From a virus (Duplodnaviria > Caudoviricetes), in the IMG/VR virus record IMGVR_UViG_3300048597_000462, positions 1-55,997 of that record: DNA of 55,997 nucleotides. One strand, written 5' to 3'. The notes beneath the pieces were generated by a model that saw only the letters and a list, made by a program, of their open reading frames with translations, was not told the DNA's origin and searched no databases. Of this stretch, positions 47,230 through 55,997 are shown in pieces (position 1 is the stretch's first letter; each line of letters opens with the position of its first letter). Both the position numbers and the translations under genes were made by a program.

Positions 47230-47793
47230 ATGTCATTTGCAAGCATTACCCTCGGCGGAACGGTTCTTTCAGTCGAACGAAACGACAAGCGAGTTGAAGC
47301 CCGGTTCCAGCCTGACACCCCCCACGCCCCCGAGCTGACCATCTCCGGCTACGGCGAGATAGCTGACAAATTAGAACAGTTGGTAGGTTCTCCCTCTGTT
47401 ATTGCCGGACAGATAAAACATTTACACGCTAATAACACATTTACTATTGATGTTAGTGACGCATGGGTTTCTGCTCCGTTTGGTAAGCCAAGGGCGATGG
47501 TATCTCTGGTGGGGCGGTATAGCGACCGATACGCCGAGGATAAAGGGGAGGCTTACAAGTTCCAGGTAAGTTATCCGTCGGGGCTGAAAAAAGATGATGG
47601 TGGCAATGCCTACTTCAATTGGCGGGTTACCACCTTTGGGAAAACATCAGAGAACATTAAGAAATTTTTCCAGGATGGAAAGACCATTGGCATCCCCCAG
47701 GGGGAGTTGCAGTGGTATGCCACTGAGGACAAGTTATACTTGTCGGTAACCGCCCGCACTTTTACGTTTGTAGGAGGACGGACGGATGATTAA
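47230..47793 (+). CDS. ssb: single-stranded DNA-binding protein, probably two OB folds
   Basis: SLVGR ... WRVTTFGKTSE..G..I..QGEL; similar pattern in the N-terminal half. Confidence 0.65.
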   Translation: MSFASITLGGTVLSVERNDKRVEARFQPDTPHAPELTISGYGEIADKLEQLVGSPSVIAGQIKHLHANNTFTIDVSDAWVSAPFGKPRAMVSLVGRYSDRYAEDKGEAYKFQVSYPSGLKKDDGGNAYFNWRVTTFGKTSENIKKFFQDGKTIGIPQGELQWYATEDKLYLSVTARTFTFVGGRTDD

Positions 47794-48661
47794 GGTTAAC
47801 CTATCCATGGCTCGCTCCCTGCAAAAGGCACTTTTGAACACTGACGAGCAGTTACGACTGTTCGAGGAATTTTTGCCACTGCGGGAAGCCCTCAAAGCCG
47901 AGTTAGCCCGACGCAATGGTGGAGTAGACCCCTTTGCCCAGCTAGAGCTTGACCTGGGGGTAGAATCAACGGCAAAGCGCAGGTCTCCCCGGACGGTTTT
48001 CTCCGGTGGTTACCGCAATCTAAACTTGCATCAGGTCTTTCAATCCTTGCCTCGGACAAAGGAGTTGGTCAGGGCACGGCGGGCACAGGAGAAATTAATT
48101 GAGCGTAATATGCCCATGGCGGTCAATTATGCCCATAAGTGCTATCAGGCTAAAAAGCAGATCAACGTCAACGGTGATGACTATGCCCAGGTGGGGTGTC
48201 TGGGGCTGACCTACGCCACCTATCACTACCAGCCCATCGCCAAGGGTAAGCGGGTGAAGTTTTCCACCTACGCTCAGTTCTGGATTAAAGCCCTCATTCT
48301 GGAAGAATTAAAGTCCAATAAACTGATTAAATCCAACAAAGGGGAGCGGGAACCAGTCTTTTACACCGAGGTGAAGGATGGAGATGGCAACTATGCGCCC
48401 ATCTTTGAAACTTTGGAAATTGAGGATGAGCCTAGCCTTGCCGATCAGTTGACCATGGTGGTGGATGGCAGGGCAACCCTACGCCCGGAGATTACCGCCC
48501 AACTGACCCCGGAGGAGAACAATCTGCTCATCCTGGACCTTGGTAGCCCGTTGATGGTTTCTGCCATGCTGGGACTACCTCTGGGGCAGGATTCCTTGAC
48601 GGTGGCCAGGGAGCGCAAAGCCAAAGCAGTGGACAAGCTCAAAACCCTACTGTCAGCCTAA
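47786..48661 (+). CDS. sigma70-family (region 2) phage sigma factor
   Basis: QEKLIERNM.MAV..A, DDYAQVG.LGL, KFSTYA.FWIK. Confidence 0.75.
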   Translation: MIKVNLSMARSLQKALLNTDEQLRLFEEFLPLREALKAELARRNGGVDPFAQLELDLGVESTAKRRSPRTVFSGGYRNLNLHQVFQSLPRTKELVRARRAQEKLIERNMPMAVNYAHKCYQAKKQINVNGDDYAQVGCLGLTYATYHYQPIAKGKRVKFSTYAQFWIKALILEELKSNKLIKSNKGEREPVFYTEVKDGDGNYAPIFETLEIEDEPSLADQLTMVVDGRATLRPEITAQLTPEENNLLILDLGSPLMVSAMLGLPLGQDSLTVARERKAKAVDKLKTLLSA

Positions 48662-48754
48662 GTTAAAATACACACAGAGCGTGGTTAAACTCGTTCTGTT
48701 TGTGTACCGTGAACCCCCTCGCTCCGGTCAGGGGGTTTGCGTTTTCTGGGGCTT

Positions 48755-48967
48755 TTAATCCATTCCCAATAAATCGGCAACAGAGCAACCCAAGGCTTTG
48801 CATATGCCGTCAATCTCAGCTCCGCTAACTTTAGGCATTTCGTCAACTGTTCGCCACCTAGAGATCGTGTTGGGATGAACACCTAGGCTGTTAGCTAGCT
48901 CAATATTTCCTATCCGTTTATCCGCCATTAACTGGCGCAATTTCCATTTAACCAATGTTATAGCCAT
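48755..48967 (-). CDS. Cro/XRE HTH regulator
   Basis: WKLRQLMA...ELA..LGVHPNTISRW ... ICKALGCSVADL. Confidence 0.88.
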   Translation of the reverse strand: MAITLVKWKLRQLMADKRIGNIELANSLGVHPNTISRWRTVDEMPKVSGAEIDGICKALGCSVADLLGMD

Positions 48968-49049
48968 GTTTGTGTACCTTGATTATCGGTGATTTGACAC
49001 TTTCATTTTAGCGTCACACCAAAAAAAGACTCAATAAAACAAAAAATAG

Positions 49050-49078
49050 TTGCATAACACCATTTTTGGTGTTATAGT
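49050..49078 (+). promoter_or_regulatory. promoter with perfect operator palindrome
   Basis: TTGCAT-17 nt-TATAGT overlapped by ATAACACCA-TTTT-TGGTGTTAT (49054-49075). Confidence 0.8.
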
Positions 49079-49198
49079 AGGAGGTGTGGAGACAGGAAGC
49101 GCCCTGCAAGCCAAAAGTTAACCAAAGCGCAAAGCGACCGCATTCTTTTGCAGGGACGGCGATCGCCTTGTAAACCTATTTCGTAAAGGTCTAGCACT

Positions 49199-49450
49199 AT
49201 GTTATCCCAGATTGATTATTACCAGCCTACGGAAATGTCGTTGCAGGAAGCCGACGAGTGCCAAGCTGATGCTTTAGAGGCTGAATACACCAAAGGTCAG
49301 CGGGAAGCTATTAACGCTCCCTATATTAGCCGCTTTGCTGGTCACAGCCCAGAGTGGTGGGCAGGATTTTTGACTGAGTTGGCAGATCGCAATGGCGTTA
49401 GCTTTGCCTGCTTCCCTCAGCCTCAATTATCTAAGCCTGAAGAATTTTAA
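49199..49450 (+). CDS. small acidic protein, paralog of 8416-8673
   Basis: MLS.ID.YQ..EM...EAD..QAD ... KGQ..AI.AP ... W.GF..ELADR.GVSFA.FPQP.L. Confidence 0.8.
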   Translation: MLSQIDYYQPTEMSLQEADECQADALEAEYTKGQREAINAPYISRFAGHSPEWWAGFLTELADRNGVSFACFPQPQLSKPEEF

Positions 49451-49490
49451 TTGTCATTGCTTATGTTTACAAACATTGGGAGCGTCAAAA

Positions 49491-50243
49491 ATGGAATTGC
49501 AAAAATTCTTGTCTAAGTTGCCTGATTATGCTCAAAAAGAATTTTCTGATGATGGTTATATTTCTCTGCGAGGACTAGGGCGACTTTGTGGTATCAGACA
49601 TGGAGCCTGGAAACGAAAAGATTGGGTTTTTAACAAAAAAATAGACGAAATGCTACTCCAAAACAACCTAAATATTTCTACAGTTATATCTGATAAAGGA
49701 ATTTATTTTGATGTTGCATTGGTGGTCATTTCTTACTACGCTTACAAATCTTCAAATAACTCTACACTGAAGGCTAAAAAGCTGATGGCAGAGTTAAATG
49801 GATTAGAGGTATTTTCAGTGTCCCCCAAGCCACCGTCTCACAAAGGATTTATCTACCTAATCCAAAACGCAAATACAGGCAATGTGAAAATAGGTTATTC
49901 AGCAAATCCTTGCAACCGATTGGCAACTCATCAAATATCAACTGATTGCGAATTGCGATTGCTGGCGCATAGAAAAGGAAGCCAGCCGGAAGAGCGACAA
50001 CTTCATAAAAAGTTTGCCGATTATCTTGTTCGTGGTGAATGGTTTTGTCCTGCAACTGAGATTATGCTTTACTTTGGTATTGCTCAAGACACTGAGACAT
50101 TACAGGCAAAAAGAGCGGTGGCGCAACTAAAAACTATTCAGGATAGCCTGTGTTTTTGCCGTCAAACATCTTATCTAACAGAAAAAGGTATTGATAATAT
50201 ACTTCAATCCCTTGATGTTGCAATTAATCTATTAGCTAAATAA
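49491..50243 (+). CDS. T5orf172/GIY-YIG-like domain protein
   Basis: GFIYLI..VKIGYS.NP.NRL ... E..LH.KF..Y.VRGEWF. Confidence 0.82.
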   Translation: MELQKFLSKLPDYAQKEFSDDGYISLRGLGRLCGIRHGAWKRKDWVFNKKIDEMLLQNNLNISTVISDKGIYFDVALVVISYYAYKSSNNSTLKAKKLMAELNGLEVFSVSPKPPSHKGFIYLIQNANTGNVKIGYSANPCNRLATHQISTDCELRLLAHRKGSQPEERQLHKKFADYLVRGEWFCPATEIMLYFGIAQDTETLQAKRAVAQLKTIQDSLCFCRQTSYLTEKGIDNILQSLDVAINLLAK

Positions 50244-50255
50244 CATGTAAAAGTC

Positions 50256-50582
50256 ATGGAAGAAAAAAGCTTTACTCCAATCAAGAAAAAGTTAGAGATT
50301 GCCTCTGTTGCTTTTTACGAAATCAAGTTAGTTTTATCAGCGATTCTTCTGATAAAAGCTCGTAATCGACAAATGCTCAAGTCGATATACATGGCGGCAT
50401 ACAAGTATTTAGGAGGGCATGAGTTGTATTGCCTGTTCTCTATGTACTTGGACGCAAACTTAAACCCATTTAAGTTAAGTCAAAATGACTTGTTTTTTCT
50501 ATGGGGAGTTATCCGAAATTGCGGGGAAGAATTAGACGACCCTATTCTAAAAAGCATTTTTGTCCCTAGTGAATGGCGTTAA
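50256..50582 (+). CDS. hypothetical protein
   Basis: 108-aa AT-rich ORF. Confidence 0.55.
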   Translation: MEEKSFTPIKKKLEIASVAFYEIKLVLSAILLIKARNRQMLKSIYMAAYKYLGGHELYCLFSMYLDANLNPFKLSQNDLFFLWGVIRNCGEELDDPILKSIFVPSEWR

Positions 50583-50588
50583 TTAAAT

Positions 50589-50615
50589 AGGCTCGGTCAG
50601 TTGTTAACCGAGCCT
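50589..50615. terminator. hairpin between convergent genes
   Basis: AGGCTCGGT...ACCGAGCCT. Confidence 0.55.
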
Positions 50616-50620
50616 TCCCC

Positions 50621-53600
50621 TTACCCCCCCCGCATAGTCCGACGGTAACGGGCGGCCGCCTCTGCATCCATTTGCTTCTGAGACCGTTTAAAGGAGTCCG
50701 CATCATTGGTTTTGACCGTCCAGTTTTGAACTACCGTTACCCCGCCTCCGGTTCCCCCGGAACGTCCAGGGCTAACCGATGGGCCGCCAATATTATCACT
50801 CCCCAGGGCATAGCGTTCTGGGGATTTTGCCTTGAACTGTTCCCAGTCCCCAGACCGTTTCAAAGCTCGGTATAGCTGGGCGTCACCATTCAGGGTAGAA
50901 AGCACTGCCTCGCCCTGGTGGAGGACAGCCAATAGCGGGGATTTGCCGGACTGTAGCCGCTCCTGGGTCATCACATCATCAATACCCTGGGCAAAGGCAG
51001 GGAGTTGAACGGTGTTGCCGGTAAACCCTCCGGCGATCGCCCCCAGGATTCCACCGCCACCGCCAGTAAATGTGTTAAATAATCCTCCGGCGGCAGTGGT
51101 GGCAGTATTCATTCCCATGCTGGCGGTGAACTGAACCAGGGCCAATGTGGCGGCGTTCAGGGCTCCAATAAAGGTCATCAAAGCGGTTTGCTCCGTAACC
51201 ACGGATTGAGCAGTCTGAATTGTGTTTTCAACAATGCTACTGGTGAAGTTAGGCAGTTGCCCCGATACCTCGGTTAGTCCCCCGGCAACGGTATCCACCG
51301 CACCAGTGAAGCTTTCCAGTATGGGGGGCGCCTGCATGGGGGCACCATACATGGTCGGGTCGGTCATCCCCTGGCGGAAATAGGGGCTAGATGCCGCCGC
51401 CGAGTCAACTAGTAGCCCGGTTCCCATTCCGTAGAACTCAGGCATATTTTCTGATACCTGATCTAAGCCGAAGATTGAAACGACATTCTGGGATAACCAG
51501 TTCTGAATAGGTTTGCCCACAAGCAAGTCGAATATCTGGGTGGCCATATTTTTGAGGACACCGGATATTACTTCCCCAAATGATTTTGCCTCCAGCAACA
51601 TATCCCGCATCCCGGCGGTCAATTCACCAACAAAGGGCACCGCATCCCGGTAGGCTTTAGCTAAATTTAGCTCGGCAATCTGTTGACGCATTTCAACAAA
51701 TTTGCTGGTTTCTTCTGTGTTGAGCTTAAGAGCCATTGCTTCAGATTTAGCCCTTGCTTCAAGCCCTACCATGGCCGCCTGGGCTTGCATAATGCCACTG
51801 GTATTGATTAATTGCCCGCCCATTTCGTATTGCAGGGTAGCAAGCTCACCCATTTTAGAGGTGAAGCCATCAATAGCCTGTAGCCGCATCTGCTCAAAGG
51901 CTAGGTTTTGAGCGTTGAAAGATGCCTGCCGTTGCATATTGTTTAGTTGCTGTTCTTGAACTCCAAGGTATTCGTAATGGAGTGATAATTGAGCCAATTG
52001 TTGATCGGCTTGTCCCACCGCTGTTTCTAACTGGGCTCGTTGTTCCCCGGTTAAATTCTTGCTCATTGCCAGCATATTTGCGGCATTAGCCTTGATGGTT
52101 TCCCGGCTTTCCAATTGGCGCTCAATGGCAATTCTTTGATCCTGGATTGACCGTTTTTGCTGCTCATATTGCATATAGTTGTCAGCCCCAGTTTGTAGGG
52201 CAGATTCCAATATGGTCTGATAGCCTTTAACATTTGTTCTCATGTTGTTAATAGCCAAGGCTGAGTCCATATAGGACTGGGTATTTTTCCGGTTAGCATC
52301 CATCAGCCCACGGGTTAGGCTCAGGATTGAGTCTAAAGCTTGCCGTTGGCTCATCAAGAAGCTGCTGGCATTTTCATCCGACCTTGCCGCAATGATTTGT
52401 TTATTGATGCTGTCAATTTCTTGAACCAAGTTTTTCAAGGGATCATAGTTCAGCATCGGGGGAGCCGCTGGCATTTGAGGCATAGTGAATTGTCCTACAT
52501 TAGGCATCGCCATTTCCCGTTGATATACCTGCGTGAACTGCGGGTCATTGGCGTTGAATCCGGTAGGGCGAAACTGGTTGGGATTGACTGGGGTGTATTC
52601 AATCGGTGGTGGGCTAACATCTTTGCCGGTGCCGGGGGCAACATAACCTGGAGGCTTGTCCCATAGCTCCATATCGGACTGGAGCTTGCGGATGCCCTGA
52701 TTTACTGTACCAAGTTTTTCATCTTTGAATATATCCTGGAGGGGCTTAATAATCAGCCTATCAAAACTATTGATAAAACCAGGGGTTTGGCGGGAACCAC
52801 TATTCCTGTCAATAGTGTCAAAAATCCCCAGCAAAGGTCTTGACAAATCTATTAATGGTTGAGCCTGTCTTGGGTCAATAGCTTGGGCAGTTTGCCCTAA
52901 CTCAATGGACTCTGGAATGCCAAAGTTTAATTTGGATTGGAGGTTGGGAATAGTGTTTTTTAGGTAATCAACCAAAGTATCAGCCAGTCCTGGAACCCGC
53001 TTCCATCCATCACTTACCCCTTGCCAGTTGCTTCCTCCTAATCCAGTACCCTGCATGAACCGGATCAGATCAGAGCCGGTGTTTACTCTGCCACCTAAAA
53101 CTTGACTGGTTAAATTTCCGGCAAAGTCAAATTTCCTAGCTGAATTAGGGGTTCTGGTTTGGCCATGGAGCGTGCCGCCCAACGTGTTCAGGTAAGACTG
53201 GGGGTTTGCGGTATTTCTAGCGTGGTAAACCTGGTTATATTGGGCAAAGCCCTTCATGTTGTTGCCAGTGCCACCCATACGGGTAAACCAGTCTGTCCGC
53301 TGAGTTCCCCGACCAAACGCTTCGGTTCCACCAATGCCCAGTGCCAATACCAACGCTGATGCCCCGTCCCTGGTTGTAGGGGCAAACATGGGATGGTTGA
53401 CTAGGTATTGATTGGCCAATCCTTGCAAAGACTGATAGCCGGGGGGTAGTCCTAACCCCGTCCTGGTAGAGGATTGTGGCTGATTATAAACAGGGGCAGG
53501 AGCAATTATCTGGGTTGGTGTAACAGAGGCCGGCCTTTGTCCCATAGACCGATAACCATAATCATTCATTGACCGATAGCCCATGCTTTGCATCGGTTGA

Positions 53601-55996
53601 TATTGGGGTTGTGCCGGTGCAGTGAGCGATCGCCCGCTTTGATTATTGTTCATGGCATCCTGCAAGATACCCAGATCACCAGCTTGGCGACGGGGAGCCT
53701 CGTTTAAATAGGCCCTGTTAGCATCCCGTACAGCAATGGGGTCAAAATCAGGCTGATAGGATTGGGCACCGCCAAATCTTGCGGCTTCTGCCGGGGTAGG
53801 ATTCCAGGGGTCGGCATAGGAAAAATTAGGCTGAACCAATTGACGCTGGTAGCTTTGGTTCACAATGCCTCCAGGTAAAATTCCATACCCACCCGGAGGA
53901 GGAGGAGGTAAGGCCCCGGAATAACCACTGAACGCCACCGCTTGGGGATTATATGAACCCGTCAACCCTTGGGCCATACCCATCAACATTCTTCCTACTT
54001 CAGAGGTAATGTCAGAGCGCCTAATACTTTCTACCAAGTCCTCAGTCGCCCGCTTCATTTGCAGGGCTGAGTCTTCAAATTGGCGGGTTAAATCCTGTAC
54101 TTGCCGCCCCAAATCACGGAGTTGCCGTTCATGGTTTCTGATGGCATCGGCATTAGCTTCCTCTAATTCTCGAATGCGTCGTAGTAACCCCGTCCGTTCC
54201 CGCTCTAGGTTGAGAACGTCAATTTTTATCTGCCTTTCATTGGCATCTAGGTTTAAGGATTGCTCGACAAACTGGAGGAGAATATTGTCAATTTGGCGGG
54301 CAACACTATCAGAATTGCCTGGGGCGATCGCAATATTCGCCGCCCTCATTTGATTAATTGCCACCTTGTCCTGGGTGTCCCGTAAAGTCTTTTCAGCGGT
54401 AGCGAGTTGAATATTTAGCTCAGTTGCCATGTCGTTGTAGGCACTCTGAATCTGCCGAGTCTGCCGCTGCATTTGGATGGATGTGTCAATAATGGTGAAT
54501 TGCAGATCCTCCACTGCCCTTTGGTCTTGAATTTTTTGGGCTTGAATTTGGCGAGACAGGTCAATAAATTGTCTGGCTGTGTCCCGAATGTAATCCTTGC
54601 GGGTTAACTCAAATTGCTCTAGGGCTTTATTAGCCTCGGCCAATCCAACCTCGGCTTTGGATAGCTCGGTTTTGATGTTTACCATGCGTTCAATAACACC
54701 CAGGATTTCATCCCCAAATTTACCTTTAATGTTTTGGTCGTTTTCTAACCGCATCCGCAGTTCGGTTATATCCTGCATGGAAGCATCAGTTAAGGGCTTA
54801 CCGATAATTTCTTCTACCAAGGCCCTATCTCCTGGGGCGATCGCATCGGAGGCAAGGTAATTTTGCTGGGCGGCAAACTCAATTTGTAATTGCCGCATCA
54901 TTTCTGATTGCTCAAATACTGCAAATTGCAGGTTTTCTAATTCGTCAACCTGGGTCTGTAATCCCCGCTCAATTTGATTGGTTATCAAGCTGGCTTTCTG
55001 TTCAGATATGCCAATCTCAAAGTTCTGGTTCATCTGGGCAATCGCCGCTGACAGGTTAATAAACGTCAACCGCTGACGGCTTAGGGTATTGCCCAGTTCC
55101 TGCATGTATTGGTCGTAGGTCTTAATCTGCCCATTGAGTTGGCCAATTTGTTTATCTAGTCCGGCGATTTCTTGCTTTAATTGGGCAACTTTTTGGGGCT
55201 GTTGCTTGGGGTCAAGGGAGTCTAATTGGGCCTTGCGCTCATCCCTGACACCCACCAAGGCATCCCTGGTTTGCTCCCTGGCATTTTGCCCTACTGCGTC
55301 GAATTGTTTCAGTAACTCTGACCGTTGCTCATTGAGGGATTTTAACTCCTGCCCCAGGGCTTCAATTTGACCGGCATTTGCCTTGGCATCCCCAGAACGG
55401 AGGGCTGCAATTCGTGACTGAGTGGTGGCAATCTGACGGTCGAAGCTATCCAATTGCTCAATTAATCCACCCATGGCTAATGGATCTGTCACCTGGGATG
55501 AACCACTAATAATTTCCCCGGCTTTTTTCTGCAACTCTTCAATTTGCTTAGATGTCCGGTCAAACTCAACATCACCAAAGGTTGGCAATAGATTCCGCCC
55601 CTGCAAGTTACCAATGGCAGTAGGCAGGGAAACCATGCTCATCAAATCTCCTAGGGGTCCAAGCTTTTTGAGTAAATTGTCAACATCCCTGGAAGCTTTA
55701 TCTAAAAAGTTTAGGAATCCATTATTCGTCTCAACATAACCTTTCAGGTCAACGGTGCTAACACTCCTTTTGTCTAGCTTGGCAAGTTGGCGATCGATAA
55801 CGTCAATGGCATTGGTTACTTCCTCGCTTCCCGTTGTTTTAAAAGCGAAGCTAATTACCTCATAGGCCGTCACTGCCGCCAGCATGATTAACAGAGGCTT
55901 TAGTGCCACGGACATGGCTGCTTTTGCCGTGGTGCCCAGGGTTCGTAAGCCCACGTTTAGCTTGCCTATAACCGCAGACCATCCGCCCATTGCCAG
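50621..55996 (-). CDS. tail tape measure protein (5' partial)
   Basis: >1790 aa coiled coil, frame open at the window edge; C-terminal PAFAQG, AVLHQGEAVL, DADSFKRSQ.Q. Confidence 0.85.
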   Translation of the reverse strand: MAMGGWSAVIGKLNVGLRTLGTTAKAAMSVALKPLLIMLAAVTAYEVISFAFKTTGSEEVTNAIDVIDRQLAKLDKRSVSTVDLKGYVETNNGFLNFLDKASRDVDNLLKKLGPLGDLMSMVSLPTAIGNLQGRNLLPTFGDVEFDRTSKQIEELQKKAGEIISGSSQVTDPLAMGGLIEQLDSFDRQIATTQSRIAALRSGDAKANAGQIEALGQELKSLNEQRSELLKQFDAVGQNAREQTRDALVGVRDERKAQLDSLDPKQQPQKVAQLKQEIAGLDKQIGQLNGQIKTYDQYMQELGNTLSRQRLTFINLSAAIAQMNQNFEIGISEQKASLITNQIERGLQTQVDELENLQFAVFEQSEMMRQLQIEFAAQQNYLASDAIAPGDRALVEEIIGKPLTDASMQDITELRMRLENDQNIKGKFGDEILGVIERMVNIKTELSKAEVGLAEANKALEQFELTRKDYIRDTARQFIDLSRQIQAQKIQDQRAVEDLQFTIIDTSIQMQRQTRQIQSAYNDMATELNIQLATAEKTLRDTQDKVAINQMRAANIAIAPGNSDSVARQIDNILLQFVEQSLNLDANERQIKIDVLNLERERTGLLRRIRELEEANADAIRNHERQLRDLGRQVQDLTRQFEDSALQMKRATEDLVESIRRSDITSEVGRMLMGMAQGLTGSYNPQAVAFSGYSGALPPPPPGGYGILPGGIVNQSYQRQLVQPNFSYADPWNPTPAEAARFGGAQSYQPDFDPIAVRDANRAYLNEAPRRQAGDLGILQDAMNNNQSGRSLTAPAQPQYQPMQSMGYRSMNDYGYRSMGQRPASVTPTQIIAPAPVYNQPQSSTRTGLGLPPGYQSLQGLANQYLVNHPMFAPTTRDGASALVLALGIGGTEAFGRGTQRTDWFTRMGGTGNNMKGFAQYNQVYHARNTANPQSYLNTLGGTLHGQTRTPNSARKFDFAGNLTSQVLGGRVNTGSDLIRFMQGTGLGGSNWQGVSDGWKRVPGLADTLVDYLKNTIPNLQSKLNFGIPESIELGQTAQAIDPRQAQPLIDLSRPLLGIFDTIDRNSGSRQTPGFINSFDRLIIKPLQDIFKDEKLGTVNQGIRKLQSDMELWDKPPGYVAPGTGKDVSPPPIEYTPVNPNQFRPTGFNANDPQFTQVYQREMAMPNVGQFTMPQMPAAPPMLNYDPLKNLVQEIDSINKQIIAARSDENASSFLMSQRQALDSILSLTRGLMDANRKNTQSYMDSALAINNMRTNVKGYQTILESALQTGADNYMQYEQQKRSIQDQRIAIERQLESRETIKANAANMLAMSKNLTGEQRAQLETAVGQADQQLAQLSLHYEYLGVQEQQLNNMQRQASFNAQNLAFEQMRLQAIDGFTSKMGELATLQYEMGGQLINTSGIMQAQAAMVGLEARAKSEAMALKLNTEETSKFVEMRQQIAELNLAKAYRDAVPFVGELTAGMRDMLLEAKSFGEVISGVLKNMATQIFDLLVGKPIQNWLSQNVVSIFGLDQVSENMPEFYGMGTGLLVDSAAASSPYFRQGMTDPTMYGAPMQAPPILESFTGAVDTVAGGLTEVSGQLPNFTSSIVENTIQTAQSVVTEQTALMTFIGALNAATLALVQFTASMGMNTATTAAGGLFNTFTGGGGGILGAIAGGFTGNTVQLPAFAQGIDDVMTQERLQSGKSPLLAVLHQGEAVLSTLNGDAQLYRALKRSGDWEQFKAKSPERYALGSDNIGGPSVSPGRSGGTGGGVTVVQNWTVKTNDADSFKRSQKQMDAEAAARYRRTMRGG

Positions 55997-55997
55997 A

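Noticed and set aside
30014-55739. Long antisense ORFs such as 30014-30460, 35561-36046, 39250-39663 and 54009-54353
   Set aside because: Shadow frames opposite well-supported structural genes

Overview
A 56-kb segment of a temperate tailed (siphovirus-like) cyanophage in its excised or virion configuration. An intact attP (3' half of tRNA-Pro(UGG), 25474-25520, with phage genes on both sides) sits next to a tyrosine integrase and xis. About 20 HIP1 octamers (GCGATCGC) and a Synechocystis-type NrdA point to a Synechocystis-like host. The window carries nucleotide-metabolism genes (nrdA, nrdB, thyX, dcd, phoH), replication/recombination genes (primase, intein-containing SF2 helicase, ERF, exonuclease, SSB, RusA), a sigma-factor-like gene, a head operon (DUF2213 protease, decoration protein, DUF2184 capsid) and GTA-type tail genes scattered on both strands. 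Terminase and portal are not in the window. The most unusual content is non-coding: (1) five dispersed 40-bp 16-8-16 palindromes upstream of DNA-metabolism genes; (2) three antirepressor-type genes, each bracketed by a 22-bp motif, two of them with a covarying leader hairpin; (3) two paralogous cassettes of divergent regulator, structured leader, small acidic protein and effector; (4) a recurring GTACACAAAC motif at predicted transcription starts. All product calls are by-eye motif recognition; no database search was run.
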